This document shows positions 23,316 to 35,740 of a stretch of DNA of 39,505 nucleotides, piece after piece. A program made the translations under genes and the position numbers. Origin of the DNA: Chiloscyllium plagiosum (Eukaryota); assembly GCF_004010195.1 (NCBI RefSeq), contig NC_057728.1, forward strand, positions 47,411,305 to 47,450,809. The letters run 5' to 3'. The notes beneath the pieces were generated by a model, which did no database searches, was not told where the DNA came from, and saw only the letters and a program-made list of their open reading frames with translations. Position 1 is the first letter of the stretch; each line of letters opens with the position of its first letter.

Positions 23316-23475
23316 AATCTGAAATAAATGAAATTAAAATGAATGATGCTAATTTAATTCCACTCCACACCACCTTTACAAACAAACAACAGAACTACTA
23401 AAATACACATTAAAAGCTGAAAATTCTTTAAGATATCCTTAACAAACACAAGTTTATGGCATTAAGATAACTCAC

Positions 23476-23667
23476 TCGTGTAATAACTTCAAAACCTGGC
23501 TCCTCCTGATGATTAATTTCCAGGCCTGAAATAGATTCATTAAGATCCATTTCAGATGCAGGTCTTTGTTGGGATGTTACATCATAACCACGAAATGCAT
23601 ACATAAGGTAGTTTGTAACTTTTGAAAAACCTCCTAATGTTGTTGTATATGGATCCTTCTTGAATTT
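23476..23667 (-). CDS. TBC1D15: TBC1D15 coding exon: KFKKDPYTTTLGGFSKVTNY...EINHQEEPGFEVITR (includes LIR-like FEVI)
   Basis: Acceptor ttacag|AAA, donor CGA|gtgagt, 192 nt. Contains KKDPYT, GFSKVTNY and EEPGFEVITR. Confidence 0.96.
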
Positions 23668-24204
23668 CTGTAAGAGAAACCCCAAGATAGTTAGATATAC
23701 TATACTGCTATATAAACATTCCAGAAAAATGCATTGCTTACTATTCACAACAAGTCAAATCAATTTAATTTTCATTGTATCCTAGGCAATAGTTACAAAG
23801 TGATGCTGTACAAGGATACTCAAAAATTGGGATCAACTGCATAAAATAATTACCTTTGCAGAATATTAAATAAACAAATTTTGTGTATGCATGATGGTGG
23901 ATTATCCAATCAGTGAATGTTCATTTTTGAACATACTTTAGAAAAGAGAATTAGAGGCATTTTAAAATTATGGAAATGTTTGATAGAGTAGATGCAGCGA
24001 AAAATTTTTAAATTGTGGGGTCCTCCTGTTAGGCTCAAAAATTCTCACTTGGTTATGTTCTAAAGTGTCATATCAAATATGTTTTTCAGTATTAGCTAAA
24101 GTAGTGATCTGATCAAGATATTGACTAACAGTGGCAACACTACAGCACAATTTGAAACAAAGAAAATTGAAGAACATTCATAAGTCCAAGAAAATAAATG
24201 TCAT

Positions 24205-24315
24205 ACTGAACTCAACATTGACTCAGTTTCTCTCTGCAAGTATTACCAAAGCTGCTAGACTTCTCCAGCACTTTGTTTTTACTTTAGCTCTCCAAGATCC
24301 ACAATTTTATGCTTT
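24205..24315 (+). mobile_element. Old Penelope-pLTR-like remnant
   Basis: aacattgactcagtttctctctgc...gctgctagacttctccagcactttgttttt, related to 31199-31300. Confidence 0.4.
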
Positions 24316-24439
24316 TATGTGATATCTAGATTTCTAATTCACACTCACCAAATAAGACAAACTGTTTTTAACCATAAGTCACAGTTACTTAGGTTACACA
24401 GAGGGGATTCTAACGATCATGTCTATGCTAGTTACAGTG

Positions 24440-24835
24440 ACAACATATATTTGTATCATGTCTTTGAAAATATAAAGCATCTCAGAAGGATTATAAAACC
24501 AAAATATGATGTCAAGCCACATAAGAGGTTATTAGGTCAGATGACCGAAGGAAAAGTCAAACAAGTAGGTTTAAGCAGTGCCTGACGTGAGCAAAGCCAG
24601 ACAGAGCGGTGTAGGGAGGGAATTGCACAGTTTAGTGTTTAAAGACCAAAAGGCATAACTAACAATGGTAGAGCAGTTAAAATCAGGGATATTCACAGTC
24701 AGAATTAGATGACTGCTACTATCGTGGAAGGTTGGAGGGCTGCACAAGTTTACAAAGATGGAGAAAGAGAGAAGAGACCATGGAAAGATAAGAAAACAAA
24801 GATAAGAATTTTAAAATCAATATACTGCTTGCTAT
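24440..24835 (-). mobile_element. L2-like LINE 3' fragment
   Basis: gtaggtttaagcagtgcc, agggagggaattgcacag and agaattttaaaatc are typical of reverse L2 3' ends (FKIL motif). Confidence 0.55.
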
Positions 24836-25489
24836 AGTGTACTTTGGGAGTCCTAGTGATATTTTGGATTAATTTGATAATCATAGACAAAGCACACATT
24901 ACTATCCTGATCAATATTCAGAAATTATTTAAGTATGTATAGTTGCACATTGCTGATTAATCCATTATCTCATCTCTGATAATCAGCAAATGATTTCATT
25001 CATTGCATTCAGGTTATACTATTCAAATGGACAAAACATGGGTGTTCAGGAGTCAATGAGGTTTTTTTGATTTAGGACCAGAGTTGGAACTAAACTCCAG
25101 AATGTCAGCTTTTAGTGTTGGAGGTTGTTCAAGAAGTAATGCTTTCTTTCCTTAAAAATGGGGAAAGTGAAAATCAGTGAAGTAATAAAACTAGCTTTAA
25201 CTGTTAGTCTGTACATTTGAATTTGCGTATACAAATCTAACAATTAGTTTGTGATATCATCTAAGTACTACTTAGACTGATTTTGTAAATATTGGACAGC
25301 TACACATCAAAGCACAAGACAGACATGATATCAATTCTGGTCAAACGTGATCGACCATCTCATGTCAAGAGTATTCTTTGGTCCAATTAAGTATTAGAAA
25401 AGATGAGCATACTCTTATGTCTCAGACACTCAAGACAAAAAAAAAGAGACTATTTTAAAATATACATCTTAAGCATATCATGCACTTAC

Positions 25490-25592
25490 TTGCACTAAGC
25501 CAACTGCATTCTCTTCGAACAAGTTCTCAAAAGACTGAGAAAGTGCCTTACTGTTGTATGCAACATGGAGTACTCGGTCATCATGTGATGAT
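25490..25592 (-). CDS. TBC1D15: TBC1D15 coding exon: SSHDDRVLHVAYNSKALSQSFENLFEENAVGLVQ
   Basis: Acceptor cctatag|A, donor CAA|gtaagt, 103 nt, phase-compatible with both neighbours. Contains LSQSFENL. Confidence 0.93.
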
Positions 25593-26435
25593 CTATAGGA
25601 AAATACAAAAAAGGATGATCACATTTTTCTGAATTCTTTTTAAGCTTAGTTAGGATGTCAGTATTCATTTGGTTCAAAGACCCATGCTTCGAAATCAAGT
25701 GGGAAAAAAAAATCCTCTATCAATATTTATTGATAATTAGGTTTAACAGGAAGATTCCAAACTAATTTATGTCTTATTTGTGTTAACTATGCTAATCTAC
25801 ACACTGCTTCAATTTATTTGTTTTTGTTTTACTGAGTGTAGCTGAACAGTTATCAATTAGATTATCTCATCTCAGTTACACCTAATCCACACATTTATAT
25901 TATTAAAATAGAGTGATAACAACTTTAATAACTGAAAACCGCTGGCTAACAAGATGTGCTAGCCTGAAAGGAAACATCTGACAAAGCATTTCACTTGTGA
26001 GAGCCAATCTACTGCTGTGCATATTATGAAGGGGTAGCAGTTCCAAACAAAAAACTAATTTCACAACAGACAGCTGGAGTCGAAGAACTGACCAGACAAG
26101 TTGGAAAAATGAATACACTTTGTTAAACATTAGCATTTAATTGCTGTGCTGCTATTGAGTAAAAGCTCATGATCTGTAAGCAAGCTTTAAAACGTCAGTA
26201 AATTTAGCAGTAAGCCTACTAAGCAGCTTTAATCATGCACTAAAAACTGAAGAATATTTACAAAATTAACACTACCAATGACGATTCAAGCTCAAATTGT
26301 GTTCACCCTCCATTAAAGTTGTGATTTTCAGGAAAAGAACCACAAGTGATTCATGAATTTCCATTGGAATCAATAGTAGAAATGGAGTTTGGTTCCTTAG
26401 GGCATTTTCTTGCTCAGAAAAACAATACCAAAAAA

Positions 26436-27630
26436 GAATGATGGCAGAGCAGTAGACATTGTTTATTTGGATTTTAGTGAAGCCTTTGACAAGGTTTCGC
26501 ATGGTAGACTAATTAGTAAAGTTAGGTCACATGGATTCAAGGTGAGCTTGCCAATTGGATACATAATTGGCTTAACAGCAGGAGACAGAATAATGGTAGA
26601 GGGCTGCTTTTCAAACTGGAGGCCTGTGACCAGTGGTATTCCGTAGAGATTGGTTTTGGGTCCTTTTTTTGTTAGTCATTTATATAAATGATTTGAATGA
26701 GAAAATAGAAGACATGGTTAGTAAGTTTATGGAGGACACCAAAATTGACGGCATAGTAGACAGTGGAGATTTCCGAAGATTACAAAAGGATCTTGATCAA
26801 ATAGGTTAATGGGCTGAGAAAATGGTAAATGGAGTTCAGTCTAGCTAAATACAAGGGATTTCATTTTGGTACAACAAACAAGGGTGGGGCTTATACAATT
26901 AATGGTAGGCTCTTAGACAGTGTTGTAGAACAGAGGGACCCAAGAGCGCAGGGACATTATTCTTTAAAGTTCACATCACAAAGAGACAGGATGGTCAAAA
27001 AGGCATTTGGCATATTTAACTTCATTTCTCATTTCTTTGAGTAAAGGAGTTGGGACATTATGTTGAGGTTGTACAGGACATTGGTGAGGCCTCATCTGGA
27101 ATACTGTATCCAGTTCTGGTTGTCCAGTTATAGGAATGATATTATGAAGCTGGAGAAAGTTCAGAAGAGATTTACTAGAATGTTGCTGGGTATGGAAGGC
27201 TTGAGTTCTCAAAAACAGCTGGGACTATTTTTCAGTAGAGCACAGGAGGTTGAGAGGTGACTTGATAGAAATTTATAAAATGACAGGTATAGACAGGATT
27301 GATGGTAGTTGTCTTTTCCCTAAAATGGAGAATTTCAACACTGGGGGCACATTTTTAAGGTGGGAGGAGAAACATTTTTAAAAAAGATATGAGGTGGTTT
27401 TTTTTTTTACACCGAGGGTAGTTTGCATATGGAATGAATTTCCTGAGGAAGTGCTTGATGCAGGTACAATTACAACATCCAAAAGACATTTGGATGGACA
27501 CGTGAATAGGAAACGTTTGGAGGGATACGGGCCAGAAGCAGGCAGGTGCAACTAGTTTAGATTGGGATTATGTTCAGTATGGACTGGTTGGACCAAAGGA
27601 TCTGTTTCTGTGCTGTATGACTCTATGACA
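26436..27630 (+). mobile_element. CR1/HER1-like LINE, 1.2-kb 3' fragment with disrupted RT
   Basis: AVDIVYLDFSEAFDKVSHGRL, WRPVTSGIP, SKFMEDTKI, LYRTLVRPHLEYCIQFW; tail ctgtatgactctatgac. Confidence 0.93.
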
Positions 27631-27739
27631 AGCTAAAACACATTCTCATTCTGTATTCTACTTGAAATAGTTTTCAAAATTAAGTATATCACTGAATATA
27701 ACAGTAATACTATATCCAAATTTATTTGAAAAATTTATG

Positions 27740-27900
27740 CAAGAATTGTTTGATTTTGTCAACAATATCACCAATTCTTTTCAGTGTCTTAGAGGGTAAT
27801 CCAAGCAGTCATTTGACAGTGTCAGAATACTTTAATACATCCAATTTCACTGCGAGGATGATAGTCTTCCTTGCCCTCTTTATAGCAGCAGGCTCATTAA
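27740..27900 (-). mobile_element. Tigger/pogo-like DNA transposase N-terminal remnant
   Basis: KRARKTIILAVKLDVLKYSD, then after a frameshift LGLPSKTLKRIGDIVDKIKQ, resembling the CENP-B/psq HTH (KRKxITLExKLxII...LGLPxSTLxTIxKxxDKIK). Confidence 0.6.
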
Positions 27901-30213
27901 CATCACTTAATGAGTGTTTCTGACTGATTTTTAAAGTATTGTATGCTCTAAGTGGTAGAGACATCAATGGCCTCTGTCTCTCATCCACACAACATTGCTG
28001 AAACTCGGCCCTGTCTTTCTCTTTTTCCTTTCCTACAAGAAAATGCTTGTCTAAAGGTCTGGAGTTCCACAACGTGGTGCCAATGGGTCCTAATGTCAAA
28101 ATGACTCTGATATGCAATGAAATGTAGCGCAGCAAAATTACATCAAACTGGAAATGCCAACCTAATTTGAAGAAACAAGATCTAAAAATAAAACATTTAA
28201 ATACAATGGTATTAAACGAGACTTGTAAATGACTACCTGTAATCAGAAACTTAGGCCAGTTCTATAATCACAGGACATTAACATCTCTTCTCCTTCTTTC
28301 AAAAGGAGGTACACATAAACCTCCAGATACTTTGCTGGTTTTTTGGAGGGTGGGTGGGAGGGGTGAATGAAAAGCCATAAAGATGAATTAATCAATACTT
28401 TAAACAAAAGCACGGATCTTTTGTTTTAAGTAAAGAAATGGGTCAATCCCCTGGTCACATCAGAGTCTTGACTGGAGGATGAGCATGAGTTGGAGCAGAG
28501 CATCCATAACATTTCATTTCTCAATCTAAGGTCATATTTTTCAACTTTTCTTTGTATATGTTGATATATTATTTGCATGTGAACAATAATTATGCATTAC
28601 TTGTAAAGTAGCAATTAAAGTAGGAGCTTCTATGCGTTATAAACTGAATTTGAGACAGAGAAACAGACACGACTGTGTCATCACGAATGGGAGGCTGTAA
28701 AACTGTGTGATAGTTTACATAGCCTGTTTCAATCATATATATGAACATATGAAAGCATGGAAAAACATGATAACAAAGAAATAATAAATCACAGTGAGAT
28801 GTAAAATTTTTAATATATTACAATTAATACAGATTCAGATTATCTATACGAGCATGTCACAGTTGTGTATAACACTAGCCTCAGATAATTACAATATTCA
28901 AACAAAAGACTGCCAGACACAATAACACAAAGAGCCAAATATACAATTTCCTGCAAAGAAATTAATGAATTTTTTAAAATATTTATGCATGCATTTTAAG
29001 ATCACCTTCAAGGGCAAATTGAGAAAATCTACTAAACTTGATTTATATTATAAATTTTACAAAAATTCATTTTGTTAAACTCAGTAATATATTTTTTTTA
29101 AAATCTCAATTTCTTTTGTTATTTATTTTACTTTTTATTCCTAGATCACTGGCATCAAAGCACTGCCACACGCTAAATTCCTCGGTCAGGCTCCTTTCTG
29201 CTCCCAACATCACTTAAAACATGAAGTACTTTACTCTTAATAGATTCTCTCTGACCTAGTGAACAAATCCAGCATGTTTCATTTCATTAACAAATTTTCT
29301 CCTCATCTTTAGAGATACTATAACATGAAATCAGGACCTATACAGCTTGTTAATTCCTGAACTATATCTGACTCAAAACTAAGAAATGAAACATAAGAAA
29401 TGACTGTATGCAAACTAGCTGCAGATTGAAAGAAAATAAAGGACACAATATAAAAAATTTCAAACCATTAAAATCGTGCGACAAGAAAGATAAACTGTTT
29501 GACAGTTAGATACACAGATAGAGGAAATTACATAGAGATCAACAATGGTCAGACCATAAGCCTCTCAGAGTGGCAGTCAAAGAAAATACTGTACAAAGGA
29601 AAAGAAAGAGTTTAAAGTAGGAAAGCTGCACAGGGAGATCTGTAAATAAAAATAATCTCAATTACAGGAAGTGCAAGAAAGAACATAGCACAAGGGGTGA
29701 GCGAGGCGCAAGCAAAAATGACAAGGAGAACATATAAGACGCATAAATATTTTTAACCTTACTCTGAGAAATGGGGGATCATTTAGTATATTTGTAAGCT
29801 GAAGTTAATTATTACTGGCAAAGATTTTAACAGGACTCTGGATATTTTAACAAGTGATGGATCATTTAATGTAATTGCCACGTAAAATGGTCATCGACAT
29901 TTTAAATTTTACCCAAAGTATCATCACTTCCCATCTTTTCAACATCAGTCACAAGAAAATTATCAACAACTGAAATGAAGCAGTTAACCGTGAATATTTT
30001 AGCATCAAGTCAGAAGGCAAAGAACTAATATTCTAAGCGAATGGATGGCTTCTGAACAATAATAATATACAATTTAAAATTATGTGAGGATAGTAATAAG
30101 CTTAAGATTTGTTTTAAAAATGGGCAAAAAACTTATGTATTATGTAGACGTACAATCACACAAAGGGGGGGGAATCAACAGTAAAAAGAAAGTGGACCTT
30201 CCGGCATACAAAG

Positions 30214-30320
30214 TAGAGAGAGCAAGAGCGAGACAGCGTACGAGAGAGAGAGACAGCGAGAGAGAGGTAGAGAGAGAGAGAGAGGGAGAGCGAGCAAATG
30301 AGCGAGAGGGAGAGACAGAC
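30214..30320. repeat. Imperfect (GA)n microsatellite
   Basis: Interrupted gagagagaga runs over about 105 bp. Confidence 0.9.
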
Positions 30321-31198
30321 ATGACCCTCATCTCTCTTCCTGCCAACCATGACATTATCAACAGCAAAACAAACATGTGCAATATCAATTTAAGCTGGAA
30401 GACGTCTCTCTGACAGATAGTTAGATTGCTGATCTCATTTTGTGATTACATTTTATGAAAAAGTGCTTTCAGAACAAAATGTATTAACTATTGCTGATGC
30501 TGGGGAGATAGACAATGAAATATATGCATAAGCACGTCTGGAAGCATTTATTAAAATTAGAACAATAAAAGAAAAGAAAATACTCCATATGAAATATTAG
30601 TAGCCACACATTTTGTCTTTTAATTGATGTTAAAGTGAATCATTCTTCTGGCACATGGGCGTGTCTTATTTCATTTGAATTAACATTTTGTTATTGAATT
30701 TTTTAAAAAATCCAATTTTAAATCCAGAAATCCAATTGCAATTATAAATTGTAGCCTAGGGACTTGTGAACATTTAAAAATTAACACCAGCAATCTCTCA
30801 TTGGAGATACTCAAGGTAAATTTTCAAACCAATGGTTAGATTTAAAGTATCCAAGAAATATACTCTAGACTTGTTACAGTTATACTACAAAACCAGTTTT
30901 CAAGAGTGACGACAACACAATTATACTGTGCAGCCCCAGTTACAAACATGCATTCCCACCATGATGAAAATATCCAGAGTCCTGTTCAAATGACAGAAAA
31001 TTATTTTCCACGTGGCAGGATCTGAACATAAACCAACTCCAGAACTATACTAGCACAAACATGGCAATATAACATTGGAGACACAACACAATTTGCTGTC
31101 AGAGGTCATTTGTGCTAAATTTAAGAAACGACCTGTTAGATCCTTCAGATTCTGTAATTACAATTTCTCTAACAATTTTAATTTCAACAGAACTCCAA

Positions 31199-31300
31199 TT
31201 CTGAAGGGGGATAATACTGGACTTGAAATGTTAACTCTGCTTCACTTTCCAGAGATGCTGCCTGACTTGCTCAGTTTCTTCAGTGTTGTGCATGCTTGTT
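31199..31300 (+). mobile_element. Old Penelope-pLTR-like remnant with decayed hammerhead core
   Basis: ctgaaggggg...gaaatgttaactctgc...agatgctgcctgacttgct shares the gatgctgcctgac.tgct block with family A. Confidence 0.55.
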
Positions 31301-31329
31301 TTGGTCCTTTGATGCTATTTGGTTAAAAG

Positions 31330-31471
31330 TATTTTGACAGTCTCTAGTGAATAGTTCAGTGACTGACTACCATGATAACCAAACTGCAAAAATAAAACTT
31401 ATGGTGTATCAAGCCAAGTCTCACTTTGGAATCTGACTTGACCATTATTACTATCAGCTGGGAGTGTAACA
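31330..31471 (+). mobile_element. LTR 3'-end fragment related to 4380-4511
   Basis: aataaaac...tcaagccaag...tggaatctgacttgacc...tatcagctgggagtgtaaca, ending in CA. Confidence 0.45.
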
Positions 31472-32765
31472 ACTGAGACAAAAACTTCTCAGCAAACATT
31501 ATGTGCAAACTTTACATTAGAGCATTTTAGAACAATGTAGTGAAGAGAAGTATCTAACCATATTCAATGATGTTTCTGGCTTTCCAAAATGAAGATCTTC
31601 AGTACAAACCAACATCAGTCCAGATAACTGAAATAACTCCCTCTCGAACCTGGAGATCTTCCAGGGGCCACAGATTACAGTGTGCAGCAAAATAAGAAAA
31701 GTTCCTAAAATGTAAGCAGGCTTAAAAGAATCACAGGACTGAATTGTGCAATGCATTGGATTTCCTAACCATCCCCTCCTGCTCATCAGCTAAATGGAGA
31801 ATGAGAAAGCAATTTGTTAGCTATTTTACAAATGTTTTTAGTTTGCGCAATTGGTCTGAAGTAAATAATGAGCCGTGATTTCTCATATGAAAATGGCAAA
31901 CATTTAATAAAAATAGAGACAGAGATGCTATTTGGCCTATCTAAAAAATACTTCAATGGAAAATGTAATTTCTCAGCCATCTCCTTAACATACAATTGTT
32001 TGATTGTTGATTTCCTTACACATTGCAATGGTTTGTCCTGCATCAGTTTCATAGGATATATTTGTCACTCACTAATGGCAGCCACAATGCAATTTAACAA
32101 AATGACAATTACTATCAGTCTTACAGTTTAATCCATCCTCCAATTCTCCAACAACAGATGATGCTTCCTCACAAACCAGATCAGGGATCAGTCATGTTCA
32201 AATTGAAAGGTGGAGTATACTCGATGATATAAAGAGCCCACACTTGTGCTTATCTCCTGTTTTTAAATACCCTACAATTGTGCAGGAAATAATACAACAG
32301 CACAGTCATAATATTTAAATAATTAATATGTGTACATATATGGGATTCTATTTATTTGAATCTGTTGTTGCAGATCATTCCATCCTGCTTCAATAATTTA
32401 TCAAAAGAAATTTATTAGCTTTCCTGCCTAAACAAATAATCTGAAGAGTCCAACGTATTTTTACAATTCATTTATGATTTTAATGTAATCTACAATATAA
32501 CATACCGACCTTTATAATTAACAATCATTTTTAAATTTGCCTTGATCATTATTGTATATTCAATTTATGATATTAACAGTAAGTTAGAAAGAGTCTGACA
32601 TGAGAGTGAGGTACACACAGTTCATTAAATCATATCAACATTTTGTGATACACTGAGGCATTTCATAAAGAAAACCTGAATAATGAACAAACAACTTGGA
32701 AATGTGAAAGATAAAAAAGGGACCAAGTTGTGCATCAAACAAAGACTAGTCATTTGATTTGTTTT

Positions 32766-33585
32766 GATTTATTATTGTCACATGTATCGAGGTACAGTGA
32801 AAAGTTTTGTTTTACGTGCAGTACATGCAGATAATAATACAAAGATGCACAGTGATTGAATTGAGTGAGGAATACCAAGTTACAGCTGCAAAGGTGCATA
32901 AAAAGCAAGCTCAACATGAGATTTGAAATTTAACAGGCCCATTCAGAAGTCTGAAAACAGCTGGCCTTGAACCTGTTAGTTTGTGTTTAAATTTTTGTAT
33001 CTTCTGCCTGACGGATGAGATTGTTTCAGATCAAAACCAGGATGGGAGGGGTCTTTGATGACGTTGGCTGCTTTTCCAAAGCAGCGAGAAGTGTAGATAG
33101 AATCAACAGATGGAATGCTGGCTTACATGATGGACTTGGATGTGTTCACAACTTTCTGTAGTTTCTTATGGTCCTGGGCAGAGCAGTTGCCACACCAAGC
33201 AGTGATGCATCCAGATAGAATGCTTTCTATGGTACCTCTATAAAAATGGATAACAGTCCTTATAGACATAATGAATTTCCTTATCCTCCTGAGGAAGAGG
33301 AGGCACAGTTGTGCCTTCTTGACTGTCACGTCAACGTGAGTGGTCCAGAGCAGATTGCTGGTATCAGCATTCCTAGGAACTTACACTCTCTATCATCTCC
33401 ACCTCAGCTCCATTGATGTAGATAGGAGCTTGCCTTCCTCCTTGTTTCCTGAAGTAGACGATCAGCTCTTTAGTTTTGCTGATGTTGAGGAAGGGATTGT
33501 TATCTTTACATCATGCCACCAAGCTCTTTCTTGTATTCTGTCTCATCACTGTTTGATATCCGGCCTATAACAATGGTATTGGTAG
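32766..33585 (-). mobile_element. Rex1/Babar-like LINE 3' fragment
   Basis: KKAQLCLLFLRRIRKFIMSIRTVIHFYRGTIESILSGCITAWCGNCSAQDHKKLQKVV; 3' end tgtgacaataataaaatc. Confidence 0.85.
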
Positions 33586-34106
33586 CCTTTTAAAACAACA
33601 TATTATACTGCAACATGTTCTTAGCTTTGTGCTCATTACTGGAGAAAGACGATGACTGAGCTTCCAACCTAAATTGATGTATTAAACATCCAGTGAGGTT
33701 TTGGTTAGCTATCAGAGATTAAATTATAAGCAAATGCCATCTAGTGGCAGTACATGCACAACTACCAGTTAACTGCTGTTCCAGTATTTCCTAATTTGCT
33801 TGAAGTCTAGAATTTTAAGTTTGTTTTTATTTGTATTGGCTTTATTATAAATACTTTAAAAATCAATTACAATGATCTCCTGGAAAGACTGTATTGGAAC
33901 TAATAACAGCTTTACTGTACAAACTAAGAATTCTCAAACCTCTTTTGGTCATGATAAGTTTGATATAGGAACATTAACAAAAGATCCTTCTGCAGAAATG
34001 CAGAATTGTTATGTATTGCCTAAAAACTATAAAATCACCAACTGTATAGACTGGGAGAAAAATCAAATTTGTTTTGTATATCAACCAAGTATTTCAATCT
34101 GAATTA

Positions 34107-34297
34107 TGATTTGGAGATGCCGGTGTTGGACCGGGGTGTACAAAGCTAAAAATCACAACACCAGGTTATAGTACAACAGGTTTAATTGGAAGCACTAGCT
34201 TTCGGAGTGCCACTCCACCTGATGAAGCAGCACTCCGAAGTCTAGTGCTTCCAATTAAACCTGTTGGACTATAATCTGGTGTTGTGTGATTTTTAAC
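34107..34297 (-). mobile_element. Miniature fold-back Penelope-pLTR element (family B) with decayed hammerhead
   Basis: Inverted arms of about 65 bp (34146-34210 / 34230-34297), about 38-nt unpaired tail on the left, degenerate TSD caatctgaatta / caatgtgagtta. Confidence 0.8.
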
Positions 34298-34753
34298 AAT
34301 GTGAGTTAAATCTTGATTTTATTTACATCTTCAAATGATCCCATCCTCAGGCAGCTGCCTATTCTAAGAGTGTCTTGGCACCGTCACCATGAATGGTCAT
34401 TGTTGGGACTTGACCTGAAGTAAGAGAAAGCAATGTATGATTGTCACTCTCACAAAACAATACATCTGGTCTGTGGGCAAGGACTGGAATAGTGGGTGAG
34501 GACGGGGACGGAGAGCTTGCCATGGAAATGGCCAATGGCATTACGTGCACCTACAATTAGCATGATACAATTACAAAATTCCAAATGTTCTTTTGAAAAA
34601 GATACTATAAGTTATATTAGCAGGAAAGAATATGAAGTAATGTGAAACATGGGGAAAGAAATTAAAATTGTTCAGAAAGATGAATTTAAAGTGCTAACAC
34701 AAAAGTTATAGCAATGAAACTGAATTTTATGCAAGTATTCTTCAATTACTCAC

Positions 34754-34967
34754 TCACTAAGAAGAACATATCGCTTAAGGCACTGCAGTAGAATTGTGCT
34801 GCCTCCATGATGGAAATGAAGAGCTGGCAGAAAAGTATCATCCCAAAGACAAAACACCATGTATGACCAGCCCATGCCTTCTGAATTTTTTTTAATGGAT
34901 TTCAGGTCAGTCAGACTGAAGGAAAATGCCCATTTACTTCTTTTATTCATATTATATGTTGAATCAT
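34754..34967 (-). CDS. TBC1D15: TBC1D15 coding exon: (D)DSTYNMNKRSKWAFSFSLTDLKSIKKNSEGMGWSYMVFCLWDDTFLPALHFHHGGSTILLQCLKRYVLLS(E)
   Basis: Acceptor tttttag|AT, donor GA|gtgagt, 214 nt. Matches KWSFLFSLTDLKSIK...GMGWSYLVFCL...LPALHFH. Confidence 0.96.
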
Positions 34968-35159
34968 CTAAAAATGTAAAAATTAAATAGAAAAAAAATT
35001 TAGTTCTCAACAAAACAATCATCCAAGCATCACAAGGTGATGTTAAACCTGGAAAAAAATGTCATTACTGCTTGAAAACAATTACAGAAAGATCAATGCA
35101 ACAGTCAACTAATTATTTCTAGCTATTTTGTTCACAGTTCAGTTAGCATGATATGTTTG

Positions 35160-35430
35160 TTTTGTTATTGATCATGGGACGTTAGTATTCTGGTTAGGTC
35201 AGCATTAATTGCTCACCGTAATTGCCTAGAAGGCAGTTGAGTTAATCATATTGCTGTGGGTCTGGAGTCATGTTTTGCAGACCAGTCAAGGATGCGAGAT
35301 TTGCTCCCTAAACGACATTAGTGAACTAGTTAGGCTATTCTCACAAATGACAATGGCTACATGGCTGTTACTAGGCTAGCTAGCTTTTTATTCCAGATTT
35401 TATACTGACTTAAACTTTCACCATCTATCT
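35160..35430 (-). mobile_element. Shark SINE-like repeat (family unassigned)
   Basis: cagcattaattgctcacc.taattgcc...attgctgtgggtctggagtca...gacattagtgaac...ttccagatttt resembles a common chondrichthyan SINE (recalled). Confidence 0.55.
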
Positions 35431-35439
35431 GAATCCATG

Positions 35440-35740
35440 TCATAAAGTCACAGAAATGCAGCACAGAAACAGATCCTTCAGTCCAATTCGTCCATGCCAA
35501 CCAGGCATCCTAAATTAGTCTAGTCCCATTTGCCAGCACTCAGCCCATTTCCCTCTAAACCCCTCCTATTCATATACCCATCCAGATGCCTTTTAAATGC
35601 TGTAATTGTATCAGCCTCCACCACTTCCTCTGACAGCTCATTCCATAGATGCAGAATACACTGTCAAAAAGTTGCCCCTTAAGTTCCTTTTAAGTCTTTC
35701 CCTGCTCACCCTAAATCTATGCCCTCTAATTCTGGAGTCA
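35440..35740 (-). mobile_element. CR1/HER1-like 3' end
   Basis: Reverse complement of the 3'UTR seen at 3060-3340. Confidence 0.85.

Noticed and set aside
23668..25489. Counterpart of the alternative exon of the long human isoform (AGLLDRRKLLWAIHHWK-like)
   Set aside because: No matching peptide seen, and the flanking exons join in frame without it.
28698..28725. Small hairpin aggctgtaaaact...agtttacatagcct
   Set aside because: Short and imperfect, with no snoRNA boxes or miRNA-length stem.
30084..30413. 109-aa RE-rich ORF and its antisense SL-rich ORFs
   Set aside because: Produced by the (GA)n microsatellite.
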